From assembly GCA_017994615.1 (NCBI GenBank), contig JAGOKM010000001.1:1-62579 (forward strand): a stretch of DNA of 62,579 nucleotides. Reading direction: 5' to 3'. Shown here piece by piece: positions 46,735-57,069 of the stretch; the first letter of the stretch is position 1, and every line of letters begins with the position of its first letter. Origin of the DNA: Bacillota bacterium (GTDB lineage Bacteria > Bacillota > DTU025 > MWDF01). Made by a program: the position numbers and the translations under genes. The notes beneath the pieces were generated by a model that had not been told where the DNA came from, searched no databases, and saw only the letters and a list, made by a program, of their open reading frames with translations.

Positions 46735-48083
46735 TCCACTTCCACCTCCATGAGGGACACGAGCCTGTCCATCTGCTCTTTGGTCCTCAGCTCCGTCACC
46801 GCCCAGAGGGAATTGCCCTTAAGCTCGGGATATGCGCCGGACAGAGGGATGCCGCCCAGGATGCCGTGTTCAAGGAGCCTTTCCCTCAGCTTCCTGGAGC
46901 AGCCCTTGCCCTCTATGACGAACTCGTTGAAGAACGGGCCCGCGAACTTCAGCCTGAAAGGGGTCCTCTCAGAAAGGGCCTTGGCGAGGTAATGCGCCTT
47001 CTGCATGGAGGCTTCGGCCACCTTCCTCAACCCCTTGGGGCCGAGGACGGATAGGTATATGGTGGCGGCGAGCGCGCAAAGCGCCTGGTTCGAACAAATG
47101 TTGCTGGTCGCGTTCTCTCGCCTGATGTGCTGCTCCCTCGTCTGGAGGGTGAGAACGAAGGCCCTCTGGCCCCTGTTGTCCAGGGTCTGTCCGACCAGCC
47201 TTCCGGGCATCCTCCTGATAAGCTGGGAGGTCGTCGCCATGAACCCTAGCAGGGGGCCTCCGAAGCTCATGCCGTTGCCCATGGACTGCCCTTCGCCGAC
47301 TGCTATGTCGGCTCCGTAGTTCCTTGGCGCTTCCAGCACCGCCAAGGAAACCGGGTTCACCGCTGCGACGAAGAAGCCGCCGTCCGAATGGGCGGCGTCG
47401 GCCATGGCATGCATGTCCTCGATCACGCCCAGGTAATTGGGGTTCTGGGCTATCACGCAGGCGGCTCCCTTTGCGGCTTCGGACAAGGCCGTTATATCGG
47501 TCTGCCCCGTCTTGGGGTCGAACGGGACTTCGACCAGCTCAAATCCCCTCGGCCCCGCGTAGGTCCTTATGACGTCCCTGTAGCGCGGGTTGGTGGCCCG
47601 CGTCACGACGATTTTCTTCCTGCCCGTCTGCGCGGCGCACATTATGGAAGCCTCGGCCGAGGCGGTAGCGGCGTCGTACATGGACGCGTTGGCCTGGTCC
47701 ATCCCGGTAAGCTCGCAGATCATGGTCTGATACTGGAATATCGCGGTGAGCGTCCCCTGGCTTACCTCGGGCTGGTACGGGGTGTAGGCGGTGTAGAACT
47801 CTCCCCTTGAGAGCATGTGGTCCACCACCGCGGGGATGTAATGGTCGTAGATGCCGCCTCCTGCGAAGCATAACGCGTCCGTCCTGTTCATCGACGCCAT
47901 CTTCTCGAGCTCGGCCATCAGTTCGGGCTCAGAGAGGGCTTCGGGCAGGTCCAGCCGCTTCTTCAGCTTCAGGGCCTCGGGGATGTCAGAGAAGAGGTCG
48001 TCGACCGACCTTGCCCCTATGGCATCGAGCATCTCGCGTACTTCCTGCTCTGTGGCGGGAAGGTAGTTGCGAGGGACTGCCAT
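46731..48083 (-). CDS. gcvPA: Glycine dehydrogenase (decarboxylating) subunit 1
   Basis: [15 protein letters not shown]-terminus, [16 protein letters not shown] at 48083 follows GGAGGT. Confidence 0.9.
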   Translation of the reverse strand: MAVPRNYLPATEQEVREMLDAIGARSVDDLFSDIPEALKLKKRLDLPEALSEPELMAELEKMASMNRTDALCFAGGGIYDHYIPAVVDHMLSRGEFYTAYTPYQPEVSQGTLTAIFQYQTMICELTGMDQANASMYDAATASAEASIMCAAQTGRKKIVVTRATNPRYRDVIRTYAGPRGFELVEVPFDPKTGQTDITALSEAAKGAACVIAQNPNYLGVIEDMHAMADAAHSDGGFFVAAVNPVSLAVLEAPRNYGADIAVGEGQSMGNGMSFGGPLLGFMATTSQLIRRMPGRLVGQTLDNRGQRAFVLTLQTREQHIRRENATSNICSNQALCALAATIYLSVLGPKGLRKVAEASMQKAHYLAKALSERTPFRLKFAGPFFNEFVIEGKGCSRKLRERLLEHGILGGIPLSGAYPELKGNSLWAVTELRTKEQMDRLVSLMEVEVE

Positions 48084-48108
48084 GTTGTCTTTACCTCCAA
48101 TCAATGGA

Positions 48109-48480
48109 CTAGTGCTGCGCGGAAAGGAACTTGTGGTATGCGTCCTCGTCCATCAGCCCGTCGAGCTCGGATGGATCCGACATTTCGAGCTTGACTATCC
48201 AGCCTGCCGCCTGCGGCGCCTCGTTGATGACACCTGCGTTCGCCTCGACGTCGCCGTTGACTTCCACGACTTTGCCGCCCACAGGTGCGAACACCTCCGC
48301 AACCGCCTTGACCGATTCCAGGTCCACCAGCTTATCGCCCTTCTTGAACGACTTGCCCACTGCGGGCAGCTCGGCGAAAATCACGTCCCCGAGGTGCTCG
48401 GCGGCGTATTCGCTAATGCCAATAGTGGCTACCTTGCCTTCGACTTTGACCCATTCGTGGCTGTCTGCGTACTTGAACAT
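48109..48480 (-). CDS. gcvH: Glycine cleavage system H protein
   Basis: 123 aa; lipoyl-lysine motif LESVKAV; YADSHEWV N-terminus. Confidence 0.9.
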   Translation of the reverse strand: MFKYADSHEWVKVEGKVATIGISEYAAEHLGDVIFAELPAVGKSFKKGDKLVDLESVKAVAEVFAPVGGKVVEVNGDVEANAGVINEAPQAAGWIVKLEMSDPSELDGLMDEDAYHKFLSAQH

Positions 48481-48513
48481 CTTACCTACCTCCGGTCATC
48501 AATCTGGTATGTG

Positions 48514-49632
48514 TCAGGATTTCTTATAGGCCTTCTTATAGAACGGGGTCTTTACGACCATGGCCTTCAAGGCCTTGTCCCTGATGCTTACGGCCACTTC
48601 GGTGCCAGCCTTTGCGTAATCGGTCGACACCTGGGCCATGGCGAGGTTTTTACCCAGCGTCGGGCTCGGAAGCCCGCTGGTAACCCAGCCGATCTCGGCG
48701 CCTTCCGGCGACAGGACCTTGTATCCGTTCCTGGGGATCCCCCTGTCGATGAGCTCGATGCCTACCATCCTGCGGCCCAGGCCGGCCTCCTTCTGATGAA
48801 CCAGGGCCTCCTTGCCGATGAACCCTTCCTTGTCGAGCTTAACGAAGAAGCCCAGCGACGCCTGCAGCGGTGTGATGTCGGGCGAAAGCTCGTGCCCGTA
48901 TAGTGGAAGGCACGCCTCGAACCTGAGAGAGTCCCTGGACCCTAGCCCGCAGGGCGAGACCCCGAAGTCCTCACCCGCTTTCAAGACGCTCTCCCATACG
49001 TTCACCGCGTCTTCCGGCCTGATGTAGATCTCGAAGCCGTCCTCGCCTGTGTAGCCGGTCCTGGATATGAGGCATTCGGCGCCGTCTATCCTGACGGCTT
49101 GCTTGCAGTAGAAGAACTTCAGCTCGTCGAGGTTGTATTCTGTGAGCCTCTGGACCAGCTCCTGCGCTTTCGGCCCCTGTACTGCAACCTCGGCCCAGTC
49201 GGGCGATTCGTTGGCCACGCGCACGTTGAAGCCCTTCGCCTGCTCTGAAACCCATGCGTAGTCCTTGTCGGAATTGGACGCGTTGACTACCAGGAACATC
49301 TCCTCGTCGGAGAGCTTGTAGACCAGGAGGTCGTCGACCACGCCGCCGTTGGGGTAGCACATCATGGCGTAGGTGACCTGGTTCTGCTCGGCCTTTGCTA
49401 TGTCATTGGTGACGAGATGGTCCACGAACTTGAGCGCATCGGGCCCCTTGACCCTTATTTCCCCCATGTGGGAAACGTCGAACACGCCGACGCGCTCCCT
49501 TACGGCCCTGTGTTCCTCAAGGTCGCCCTTGCCCTTGTACCTGACGGGAAGCTCCCATCCTCCGAAGTCCACCATCATTCCGCCGTACTTGATGTGCATC
49601 TCATATAGCGGGGTCCTTTTGAGTCCAGACAA
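48514..49632 (-). CDS. gcvT: Aminomethyltransferase (glycine cleavage T protein)
   Basis: KRTPLYEMH...FGGWELPV...GVFDVSHMG. TTG start follows GGAGGTG. Confidence 0.9.
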   Translation of the reverse strand: MSGLKRTPLYEMHIKYGGMMVDFGGWELPVRYKGKGDLEEHRAVRERVGVFDVSHMGEIRVKGPDALKFVDHLVTNDIAKAEQNQVTYAMMCYPNGGVVDDLLVYKLSDEEMFLVVNASNSDKDYAWVSEQAKGFNVRVANESPDWAEVAVQGPKAQELVQRLTEYNLDELKFFYCKQAVRIDGAECLISRTGYTGEDGFEIYIRPEDAVNVWESVLKAGEDFGVSPCGLGSRDSLRFEACLPLYGHELSPDITPLQASLGFFVKLDKEGFIGKEALVHQKEAGLGRRMVGIELIDRGIPRNGYKVLSPEGAEIGWVTSGLPSPTLGKNLAMAQVSTDYAKAGTEVAVSIRDKALKAMVVKTPFYKKAYKKS

Positions 49633-49802
49633 TCAGGACACCTCCGTATCGTTGATGTGTACGCCCTGTGCAAGCAATAAAATGCGGTTATCGCCGCCTT
49701 CTATTATATAATACTCGTAGGTTATAGGATATTGGACCGCGTGTGCAGAATATTGAACAACCGTATGCGAAAAGGCGTTAATAAATGCATGGAGGGCGCG
49801 AG

Positions 49803-51176
49803 ATGTTCGACTGTCTGGTGATCGGCGGCGGCCCGGGGGGCTACACGTGCGCGATAAGGGCGGCTCAGCTGGGGCTTAAGGTCGCCTTGGCAGAGGCGAG
49901 GTCCCTGGGAGGGGTATGCCTCAACTGGGGCTGCATACCGACGAAGGCGCTGGCCCATACGGCGGATACGCTGATGGCGGCCAAGAAGGGCGCGGATTTC
50001 GGGGTGAACTGCGAGAACGTCTCCTTCGACATGGCCAAGGCCATGGCCAAGAAGGACAGGATAACCGCAAGGCACAGGGCCGGGGTCGGCTTCCTCATGA
50101 AGAAGAACGGAATAACGGTGCTCAACGGCAGGGCGAGGATAGAGTCCGCAGGGAAGGTGAAGGTCACCTCGGCCGACGGCACGGAAAACGTGTACGAAAC
50201 CAAGAACATAGTCATAGCGACGGGATCGGCCCCAGTGACCCCCGGCATGTTCGGATACGACGGAGAGCTCGTCCTTACGTCCGACGAGATGCTCACGCTT
50301 AAGGAAGTGCCAGGAGAGCTGCTCGTAGTGGGAGCGGGCGTCATAGGGTGCGAATTCGCCAGCATTTATTCAGCGTTCGGCAGCAAAGTGACCCTTGTGG
50401 ATGTAATGCCCAGGATACTGCCGATGGTGGACGAAGAGGCATCTGCGCTCATCGCAGCATCCTTCAAGAAGAGGGGGATGGAAGTCATAACCGGCGTGGG
50501 CGTCAGGTCGATAGAGAAGACGGGGTCCAGGGTGGCCGCAGTCCTCGAAGACGGACGTCGGGTGGAGGCGGACCGGATGCTCCTATCGATAGGAAGGAGG
50601 CCTGCGTCTGAAGGCACCGGAGCGAAAGAGGCGGGCGTCGGAATCGGCAGGGCCGGCGAGATAACCGTAGACAACCGCATGAGGACCAACGTGCCCGGCA
50701 TATGGGCGATAGGCGACGTCAACAACAGGATGCAGCTGGCCCACGTGGCTTCGGCGCAGGGCATCGTGTGCGCTTCCAACATGGCGGGCCAGAACAGGAC
50801 GATGGATTACTTCGCTGTCCCTAACTGCGTGTTTACGTCCCCGGAGGTGTCCCAGGTGGGCGTAAGCGAGGCCGGCGCCAAGGAGTCCGGCATAGGATAC
50901 AAGGTGGGCAGGTTCCCGTATTCGGCGCTCGGCAAGGCGTCTACGATGGGAGAGGCGGAAGGTTTCGTAAAACTGGTGGCCGACGCCGACGGGAGGGTCA
51001 TCGGGGGAACCGTGGTGGGTGCGCACGCGTCCGACCTTATAGCCGAAGTGGCGCTTGCGGTGGCAAACCAGCTCGGCTTGAAGGACGTTGCCCACACCGT
51101 GCACGCGCACCCTACCCTGCCCGAAGGGATAATGGAAGCGGCCGAGGAGGCCTTCGGCCTGGCGATAAACATCTAG
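49803..51176 (+). CDS. lpdA: Dihydrolipoyl dehydrogenase
   Basis: VIGGGPGGY FAD motif, redox disulfide GGVCLNWGCIPTK, C-terminal HAHPTLPE. Confidence 0.9.
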   Translation: MFDCLVIGGGPGGYTCAIRAAQLGLKVALAEARSLGGVCLNWGCIPTKALAHTADTLMAAKKGADFGVNCENVSFDMAKAMAKKDRITARHRAGVGFLMKKNGITVLNGRARIESAGKVKVTSADGTENVYETKNIVIATGSAPVTPGMFGYDGELVLTSDEMLTLKEVPGELLVVGAGVIGCEFASIYSAFGSKVTLVDVMPRILPMVDEEASALIAASFKKRGMEVITGVGVRSIEKTGSRVAAVLEDGRRVEADRMLLSIGRRPASEGTGAKEAGVGIGRAGEITVDNRMRTNVPGIWAIGDVNNRMQLAHVASAQGIVCASNMAGQNRTMDYFAVPNCVFTSPEVSQVGVSEAGAKESGIGYKVGRFPYSALGKASTMGEAEGFVKLVADADGRVIGGTVVGAHASDLIAEVALAVANQLGLKDVAHTVHAHPTLPEGIMEAAEEAFGLAINI

Positions 51177-51209
51177 GAAGTCAAAAGCGGCAGGCACGCC
51201 GCATCGGAG

Positions 51210-51500
51210 GTGTTGATTTTGAAAGGCAAGGATTGGTTCGCCCTTATACTCATTCTCCTGGGTGTCCTCCTGCTCGGGGACAACCTGGGCCTTTTCAGGT
51301 TCGACTACATCTTCAGGCTTTGGCCTGTCGCACTTATAATAGTCGGGATCTCAATGTTCGTGAAGAAGGACGAAGTGAACAGGAAGAAGAACGTGGTCGA
51401 AGTCAGCTTCTCCACGTCAAAGCCGGCCGAGCCTGAGACCAAGGTGGAACCGGAGGCTGCGGATGACGGGGAAGACGAAGAAGATGAGGACGAAATCTGA
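51210..51500 (+). CDS. Small membrane protein with acidic C-terminal tail (LiaF/LiaI-like N-terminal membrane-domain pattern)
   Basis: Two TM helices with LLLGDNLGLF...LWPVALIIVGI. Tail EPEAADDGEDEEDEDEI. GGAGGTG RBS, TTG start. Confidence 0.45.
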   Translation: MLILKGKDWFALILILLGVLLLGDNLGLFRFDYIFRLWPVALIIVGISMFVKKDEVNRKKNVVEVSFSTSKPAEPETKVEPEAADDGEDEEDEDEI

Positions 51501-51515
51501 TCTTACGGAGGTCAT

Positions 51516-52001
51516 ATGATGAGAGGCAGGGTTTTCCTGGCGATAGCGCTCATAGCGGTTGGTCTGGTGCTTCTGTTGAACAACCTCGGCATGGGCGTGC
51601 TGCCCAACAAACTCGAGCTATGGCCCGTGCTGCTGATGGCCCTGGGCGCGGCAATAGGAGCCGACGCCGTCAGGAACAAGGAGAAGGACCCGCTTTTCGG
51701 GGCTGTGATCCTTTTCCTTGTGGGCACCCTTTTCCTAATGACCGAAAGCGGCTATCTGAAGGGCGGCTTCGAGAAGCTTTGGCCCGTCTTCATAGTGATA
51801 CTGGGAATAGCCTTCATGTCCAACTCATTCATGTCCGGCACAGCCAGAGGCCTGGTCATCGGACTCATCTACGCTGCGGTCGGCTTCGTGCTGCTTGCCA
51901 GCACGCACGGCAAGCTCAACATCAAGCTGGACCTCGTCACATATTGGCCCGTAATACTGATAATCCTCGGGGTAGCTACTTTCTTCCAGAAGAGGAGGTA
52001 G
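51516..52001 (+). CDS. Multi-pass membrane protein with the same LLLNNLG/LWPV helix-pair motif repeated
   Basis: LLLNNLGMG...LWPVLLMALG, then ...KLWPVFIVILGI and ...YWPVILIILGV. GGAGGT RBS. Confidence 0.45.
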   Translation: MMRGRVFLAIALIAVGLVLLLNNLGMGVLPNKLELWPVLLMALGAAIGADAVRNKEKDPLFGAVILFLVGTLFLMTESGYLKGGFEKLWPVFIVILGIAFMSNSFMSGTARGLVIGLIYAAVGFVLLASTHGKLNIKLDLVTYWPVILIILGVATFFQKRR

Positions 52002-52005
52002 TCCA

Positions 52006-53547
52006 TTGAAAAAGGGGCTGTCGTGCAGCGGCAGGCTCCAGGGCGGCCCTTCGTGCGTTACGAAGGCCGTCAGGGAGTTCTTCGCCTCCCTGCTCAAGGA
52101 CAGGGAGGAGGGTGCCGTAGAGAGCGTAATAGTGGGTTTCTCGGGCGGCGTCGACTCCACCGTCTTGCTGCATGCCCTTTATGAGTTGGGATCCGACCTG
52201 GGCCTGCAGCCGGTGGCGGCCCATCTGAACCACAGGCTCAGGGGGGCCGATTCGGATGCGGACGAGGCATTCTGCAGGGCATTCTGCGAAAGGCTGGGAA
52301 TACCGTTCAGGTCGATGGCGATCGACGTGTCGGAGCTTGCCTCGAAGACCGGGCTCAACCTCGAGGACGCCGGAAGGAGGGCTAGGTACACCCTTTACAG
52401 CGAGGTCGCGGAGGAGTTCGGTGCGAAGTACGCGGCGCTCGCCCATCACGCTGACGACCAGGCCGAGACCGTCCTGATGAGGATTATCCGCGGCGCCGGC
52501 ACGAGGGGCATGGGCGCCATGCCCAGGATAAGGAAGTCAGGGCGGATCTACATTGTCAGGCCGCTCATATCAGTAAGGAAGTCCGACGTTGAGGCCTATG
52601 CGGAGGAAAACGGGATCGAATTCAGGGAAGATACGAGCAACCTAGATACGGGGTATCTGAGGAACAAGATCAGGCACGAGCTGCTGCCTCTATTGGAAGC
52701 CGGCTACTCCGAGGGCATCGTGGACGTGCTGTGCAGGACGGCCGAGCTTGCTAGGGAAGAATCCGCGGCCCTTGACGAGCTGGGCAGGAAGGCGTTCCTG
52801 GACGCCCTGATAATCGGCCAGAGGGGAAGGTCGGTGTCGCTGAAGCTCGACGCCATGAAAGACCTCAGCGAAGCTGCCAGGTCCCGGGCGCTCAGGATGG
52901 CATACCAGTACGTAAGGGGGACCGCGTCGGACCTGTACGCCTCGAATATTGCGGCATTGGCCGGCCTCGCCTCTCCCGGCGGAAGGATGAAGAGGCTGGA
53001 TCTACCCGGCGGCATCAAGGCCTTGAAGGTCGGCAGGGAGCTCTCCCTGTCGTGCTCCTCTTCCCAGGAAGCCGAGGAGAGGCTGCATCCGAGCGCGCTT
53101 ACAGTCCCGGGCATGGTTGACACCCCGCTCATGAGGATAAGGGCGGCTTCCTGCGAGATCCCACGCGAGCTGCTCGGCAGGCGCAGGTACTCGCACCAGG
53201 AGCTGGCTCAGTTGGCGGACCTGGCCTTCGGCCACGGCTATGCCGAAGGCAGCGGCGCAGGTTCGGCCTTCGCCGTCTTCGACCTCCGGGAGGCCGGGGA
53301 GCCGTCCATAAGGGCATGGGAACCGGGGGACTCCATGATGCCGTTCGGAATGAAGGGAAGGCGGAAGCTCCAGGACGTCTTCACCGACGCCAAGGTGCCG
53401 AAGGACCAGAGGAAGATATGGCCTGTTGTAACGCTCGCAGGGGGGGCCATAGGATGGGTGCCCGGCCTGAGGCAGGGCGCCGTCGCCAAGCTGGGATCGG
53501 ATTCAAGGTCTGCGCTGGTATTGGCGTTCGAAAGGAAGGGGCCGTGA
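52006..53547 (+). CDS. tilS: tRNA(Ile)-lysidine synthetase
   Basis: PP-loop VGFSGGVDSTVLLH, HLNHRLRG, AHHADDQAETVLMR. Exact start uncertain. Confidence 0.85.
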   Translation: MKKGLSCSGRLQGGPSCVTKAVREFFASLLKDREEGAVESVIVGFSGGVDSTVLLHALYELGSDLGLQPVAAHLNHRLRGADSDADEAFCRAFCERLGIPFRSMAIDVSELASKTGLNLEDAGRRARYTLYSEVAEEFGAKYAALAHHADDQAETVLMRIIRGAGTRGMGAMPRIRKSGRIYIVRPLISVRKSDVEAYAEENGIEFREDTSNLDTGYLRNKIRHELLPLLEAGYSEGIVDVLCRTAELAREESAALDELGRKAFLDALIIGQRGRSVSLKLDAMKDLSEAARSRALRMAYQYVRGTASDLYASNIAALAGLASPGGRMKRLDLPGGIKALKVGRELSLSCSSSQEAEERLHPSALTVPGMVDTPLMRIRAASCEIPRELLGRRRYSHQELAQLADLAFGHGYAEGSGAGSAFAVFDLREAGEPSIRAWEPGDSMMPFGMKGRRKLQDVFTDAKVPKDQRKIWPVVTLAGGAIGWVPGLRQGAVAKLGSDSRSALVLAFERKGP

Positions 53548-53575
53548 ATCCAAACCCGTAGCCTGATGTTATAAT
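53545..53575 (+). promoter_or_regulatory. Extended -10 promoter upstream of ftsH
   Basis: TGtTATAAT at 53567-53575; weak -35 (TGAATC/AATCCA region). Confidence 0.5.
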
Positions 53576-53612
53576 AAAAAGGTATTGTCGTAGACCGATA
53601 GGAGGATTGGAT

Positions 53613-55541
53613 TTGAACCGTGGTTTTCAGAGGGCGGCGCTGTGGATCCTGATATTCCTCGTCGCCGTTACAATAGGGCAGAACTTCCTGAGCGGCCAGA
53701 ACAAGACCGAGCAGATGACGTCGGACGGCTTCCTTGCCCAGTGGAACTCCGGCAACGTCAAATCGCTCGACATCCTGCCCGACGGGCTCATCAAGGGCGA
53801 GCTGAGGGACGGGACCAAGTTCGAGCTCTACTATTCATATGCCGCAGGGCTCATAGAAGACGTGAAGAAGGACCCGGAAAAGTTCGCGGGGACTACGATC
53901 TCAGAGAAGCCCAACACCAACGACTGGCTGATGGTGCTGCTGCCGAACCTCTTCTTCATCGTGGCGCTCGGCCTGTTCTTCATGTTCATGCTCAACCAGA
54001 TGCAAGGGTCCAACAACAGGGCCATGCAGTTCGGCAAGAGCAAGGCCAGGATGCAGGTGGACGGCAAGGGCAAGGTCACATTCGCCGACGTGGCCGGCAT
54101 AGACGAGGTCCAGGAAGAGCTCGCAGAGATAGTGGATTACCTTAAATATCCGAGGCGCTTCACGGAAATGGGCGCAAGGGTCCCCAAGGGCATACTACTG
54201 ATGGGCCCCCCAGGCACCGGGAAGACGCACGTTACAAGGGCCCTGGCAGGTGAAGCCGGAGTGCCCTTCTTCTTCATATCGGGCTCCGACTTCGTCGAGA
54301 TGTTCGTGGGCGTCGGGGCAAGCCGCGTCAGGGACATGTTCAACCAGGCCAAGAAGGCCGCCCCCTGCATCATCTTCATCGACGAGATAGACGCAGTGGG
54401 ACGCCAGAGGGGCGCAGGCTTCGGCGGAGGCCACGACGAGAGGGAACAGACGCTCAACCAGCTTCTGGTCGAGATGGACGGCTTCGAGAACAACTCGGGG
54501 GTCATAGTGGTCGCGGCGACCAACAGGCCGGATGTCCTGGACCCCGCCCTTTTGAGGCCAGGCAGGTTCGACAGGCAGATTACGCTGGACGTGCCCGACG
54601 CGAAGGGGCGCGAGGCTATACTCAGGATCCACGCCAGGAACAAGCAGCTCGCAGAGGGAGTCGACCTCAAGGAGCTGGCAAAGAGGACCCCAGGCTTCAC
54701 GGGGGCCGACCTTGAGAACCTCCTGAACGAGGCTGCGCTTCTCGCCGTAAGGTACAGGAAGAAGAAGATCGACATGGACCTTGCGGACGAGGCGATAGAG
54801 CGCATAGTGATGGGTCCCGCGAAAAAGGGAAGGCTCCTCACCGACAAGGAGAAGGACCTGGTGGCGTACCATGAGACGGGGCATGCCCTGTTAGCGAAAC
54901 TGCTGCCCGGATCGGACCCCGTAGTGAAGGTGTCCATAGTCGGAAGAGGCAGCGCCGGTGGGTTTACGCTTGTCATCCCGGAGGACGAGAGGAAGTTCAG
55001 GTACTCCTCCAAGGTGGATATACTGAACAACATAACCATGTCCCTGGGTGGCAGGGTGGCCGAGGAACTCTGCATGGACGACGTGTCCACAGGAGCTTCA
55101 AAGGACCTCGAGAGGGCGACCAACCTGGCCAGGAAGATGGTAGTGGAGTACGGCATGAGCGAACTCGGCCCGATAACATTCGGAAGGCCGGATTCGCAGA
55201 ACGTGTTCCTGGGCCGCGACATAGCCCGCGAGCGCAACTACTCCGAGGAAGTCGCAGCTCAGATAGACAAGGTCGTAAGGGGCATAATAGAGGAGTGCTA
55301 CGCCAGGGCCAGGAAACTGCTCGAGGATAACATACATCTTCTGAAGAGGGTGGCTGCTGTCCTCAAGGAGAGGGAGAACCTCGAGGGCGACGAGCTCGAC
55401 ATGGTGCTGGAGGGAAAGACGCTTCCACCGAAGGAAGTACCCCAGTCCCATATTCCCGACGAGGAGCCGGCAAAGACCGATGAGAAGGCAGCGGAAGAGC
55501 CCCAGGCCAAACTGAACAGGCCGGTTACAGAGCAGCAGTAA
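53613..55541 (+). CDS. ftsH: ATP-dependent zinc metalloprotease FtsH
   Basis: Walker A GPPGTGKT, Walker [12 protein letters not shown], Zn site HETGHAL. TTG at 53613 lies 7 nt after AGGAGG (the ORF track begins at 53607). Confidence 0.9.
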   Translation: MNRGFQRAALWILIFLVAVTIGQNFLSGQNKTEQMTSDGFLAQWNSGNVKSLDILPDGLIKGELRDGTKFELYYSYAAGLIEDVKKDPEKFAGTTISEKPNTNDWLMVLLPNLFFIVALGLFFMFMLNQMQGSNNRAMQFGKSKARMQVDGKGKVTFADVAGIDEVQEELAEIVDYLKYPRRFTEMGARVPKGILLMGPPGTGKTHVTRALAGEAGVPFFFISGSDFVEMFVGVGASRVRDMFNQAKKAAPCIIFIDEIDAVGRQRGAGFGGGHDEREQTLNQLLVEMDGFENNSGVIVVAATNRPDVLDPALLRPGRFDRQITLDVPDAKGREAILRIHARNKQLAEGVDLKELAKRTPGFTGADLENLLNEAALLAVRYRKKKIDMDLADEAIERIVMGPAKKGRLLTDKEKDLVAYHETGHALLAKLLPGSDPVVKVSIVGRGSAGGFTLVIPEDERKFRYSSKVDILNNITMSLGGRVAEELCMDDVSTGASKDLERATNLARKMVVEYGMSELGPITFGRPDSQNVFLGRDIARERNYSEEVAAQIDKVVRGIIEECYARARKLLEDNIHLLKRVAAVLKERENLEGDELDMVLEGKTLPPKEVPQSHIPDEEPAKTDEKAAEEPQAKLNRPVTEQQ

Positions 55542-55646
55542 AACCCCCATGGTACGAGCCCCCGCGACCGCCTTGCGGAAGCGGGCCTTATAAGTTTGCT
55601 TTACATGGATGACCCCCGACATGCTACGCGGATTAGGAGGGATACC

Positions 55647-55985
55647 TTGGAGCTAATCGAATCACACCCCATACTGGAATTCTCGCACGGCAGCAAGGTA
55701 AGCTTCACATTCGACGGAAGGGCTATGGAAGGTTTCGAGGGAGAGCCGATAGCGGCGGCGCTGCATGCCAACGGCGTCAAGATATACAGGTACAGCCCCG
55801 AGGCCGGAAGGCCGCGGGGCTTTTTCTGCGCCATAGGCAAATGCAGCTCGTGCTTCATGGTCGTAGACGGCATACCGAACGTGAGGACCTGCGTCACTCC
55901 GCTCAAAGCCGGCATGGCCGTTGAGACCCAGCACGGCAGGGGATCCATCCCCATGATAGGGGAGGAGGCAGGCCGCGATGCGTGA
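55647..55985 (+). CDS. (2Fe-2S)-binding small subunit (HcnA / sarcosine-oxidase-alpha N-terminal-like)
   Basis: FTFDGR...EGEPIAAAL...RGFFCAIGKCSSCFMVVDG..NVRTC Cys pattern. TTG at 55647 follows AGGAGGG (the ORF track starts at 55596). Confidence 0.65.
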   Translation: MELIESHPILEFSHGSKVSFTFDGRAMEGFEGEPIAAALHANGVKIYRYSPEAGRPRGFFCAIGKCSSCFMVVDGIPNVRTCVTPLKAGMAVETQHGRGSIPMIGEEAGRDA

Positions 55986-57069
55986 GGTCGAGCTTCTTGT
56001 GATAGGCGGCGGCCCCGCAGGCCTTTCGGCGGCGGCCGAGGCGGCGGGTATGGGAGCATCGGTGCTCCTTGTGGACAGCGGTCCGAGGCTGGGGGGGCAA
56101 CTTATTAAGCAGACCCACAAGTTCTTCGGGAGCCGCGACGAATTTGCCGGAACGAGGGGCTTCAAGATAGCCGACGTACTGCTTGACGAGCTGAAAGGCC
56201 TATCCGACAGGGTCGAGGCCATGATTGACACGACCGTGGTCGGCTATTACAGGGAGGATGGCACCGTCTCGCTTTCAAGGTCCGAGGACGAATATTTCCT
56301 TGTGAAGCCGAAGAGGATAGTCGTTGCCGCAGGGGCGCAGGAGAGGTTGATCCCGTTTCCGGGGAACGACCTTCCCGGCGTCTACGGGGCCGGCGCCGTT
56401 CAGACTCTCATGAACGTATACGGCGTCGTCCCAGGCAAGAAGGTTCTCATGATAGGGGCCGGCAACATCGGCATCATAGTGGCATACCAGCTGATCCAGG
56501 CCGGGATCGAAGTTGCCGGGGTGGTGGAGGCGATGCCAAGGGTCGGCGGATATTGGGTGCACGCTGCCAAGATAAGGCGGCTGGGGGTCCCGATCCATCT
56601 AATGCACAGCATAAAGAGGGCCTGCGGGGACAAGGTGGTCGAAGGCGCAGACGTTATGGAGCTGGACGAACATTTCAACCCCACGGGCAGGGAATTCCAC
56701 GTAGAATGCGATACGATCTGCCTGGCGGTCGGCCTCACGCCTACGGTGGAGCTTCTTTGGCAGGCAGGCTGCAAGATGAAGTATGTGCCTCAGCTGTGCG
56801 GCTATGTCCCGGTAAGGGACTGCAACCTGAGGACCACAAACCATTCGGTCTGGGTGGCCGGGGATTCCTCGGGGATAGAAGAGGCGAGCTCAGCCATGGT
56901 GGAAGGGCGCCTTGCAGGCTATGGGGCCGCGCTTTCTCTCGGATACGGCGAGAGGCCGGACAGGTATCTGAGCTTCATAAAGAGGCTTGAAAACTTGAGG
57001 GCTGGCGAAGTCTGCGACAAGATAAGGTCCGGGATAGCTTGCGTGCTCTGCGAAGGTGGTGAGCAGTGA
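55978..57069 (+). CDS. NAD(P)/FAD-dependent pyridine-nucleotide oxidoreductase subunit (HcnB/OoxA/PdhA-like)
   Basis: Two Rossmann motifs: VIGGGPAGLSAA and MIGAGNIGIIVAYQL. Confidence 0.7.
   Translation: MREVELLVIGGGPAGLSAAAEAAGMGASVLLVDSGPRLGGQLIKQTHKFFGSRDEFAGTRGFKIADVLLDELKGLSDRVEAMIDTTVVGYYREDGTVSLSRSEDEYFLVKPKRIVVAAGAQERLIPFPGNDLPGVYGAGAVQTLMNVYGVVPGKKVLMIGAGNIGIIVAYQLIQAGIEVAGVVEAMPRVGGYWVHAAKIRRLGVPIHLMHSIKRACGDKVVEGADVMELDEHFNPTGREFHVECDTICLAVGLTPTVELLWQAGCKMKYVPQLCGYVPVRDCNLRTTNHSVWVAGDSSGIEEASSAMVEGRLAGYGAALSLGYGERPDRYLSFIKRLENLRAGEVCDKIRSGIACVLCEGGEQ

Noticed and set aside
49633-49802. Expected a glycine riboswitch in the leader of gcvT.
   Set aside because: The minus-strand leader is short and AT-rich, containing a TATTATATAATA palindrome. 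It shows none of the tandem GGAGAG...CACCG...ACAGG-type aptamer blocks I associate with glycine riboswitches. It probably holds only divergent gcvT/lpdA promoters or an operator.
51210-52001. The two same-frame membrane-protein ORFs, considered as a single gene with stop-codon read-through.
   Set aside because: A good GGAGGT RBS and an ATG lie between them. The first protein ends in a distinct acidic tail. Two separate genes is the simpler reading.
54137-55237. A long (366-aa) ORF antisense to ftsH, and many similar 100-310-aa ORFs on the opposite strand or in alternate frames of clear genes. Examples are 1054-1812, 8298-8999, 9049-9990, 13058-13792, 34582-35178, 37350-38081, 40787-41722 and 61521-62339.
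   Set aside because: They are shadow ORFs typical of GC-rich DNA. Their translations are low-complexity and Arg/Pro/Ser/Gly-rich. They lack RBSs and completely overlap genes with strong family motifs.
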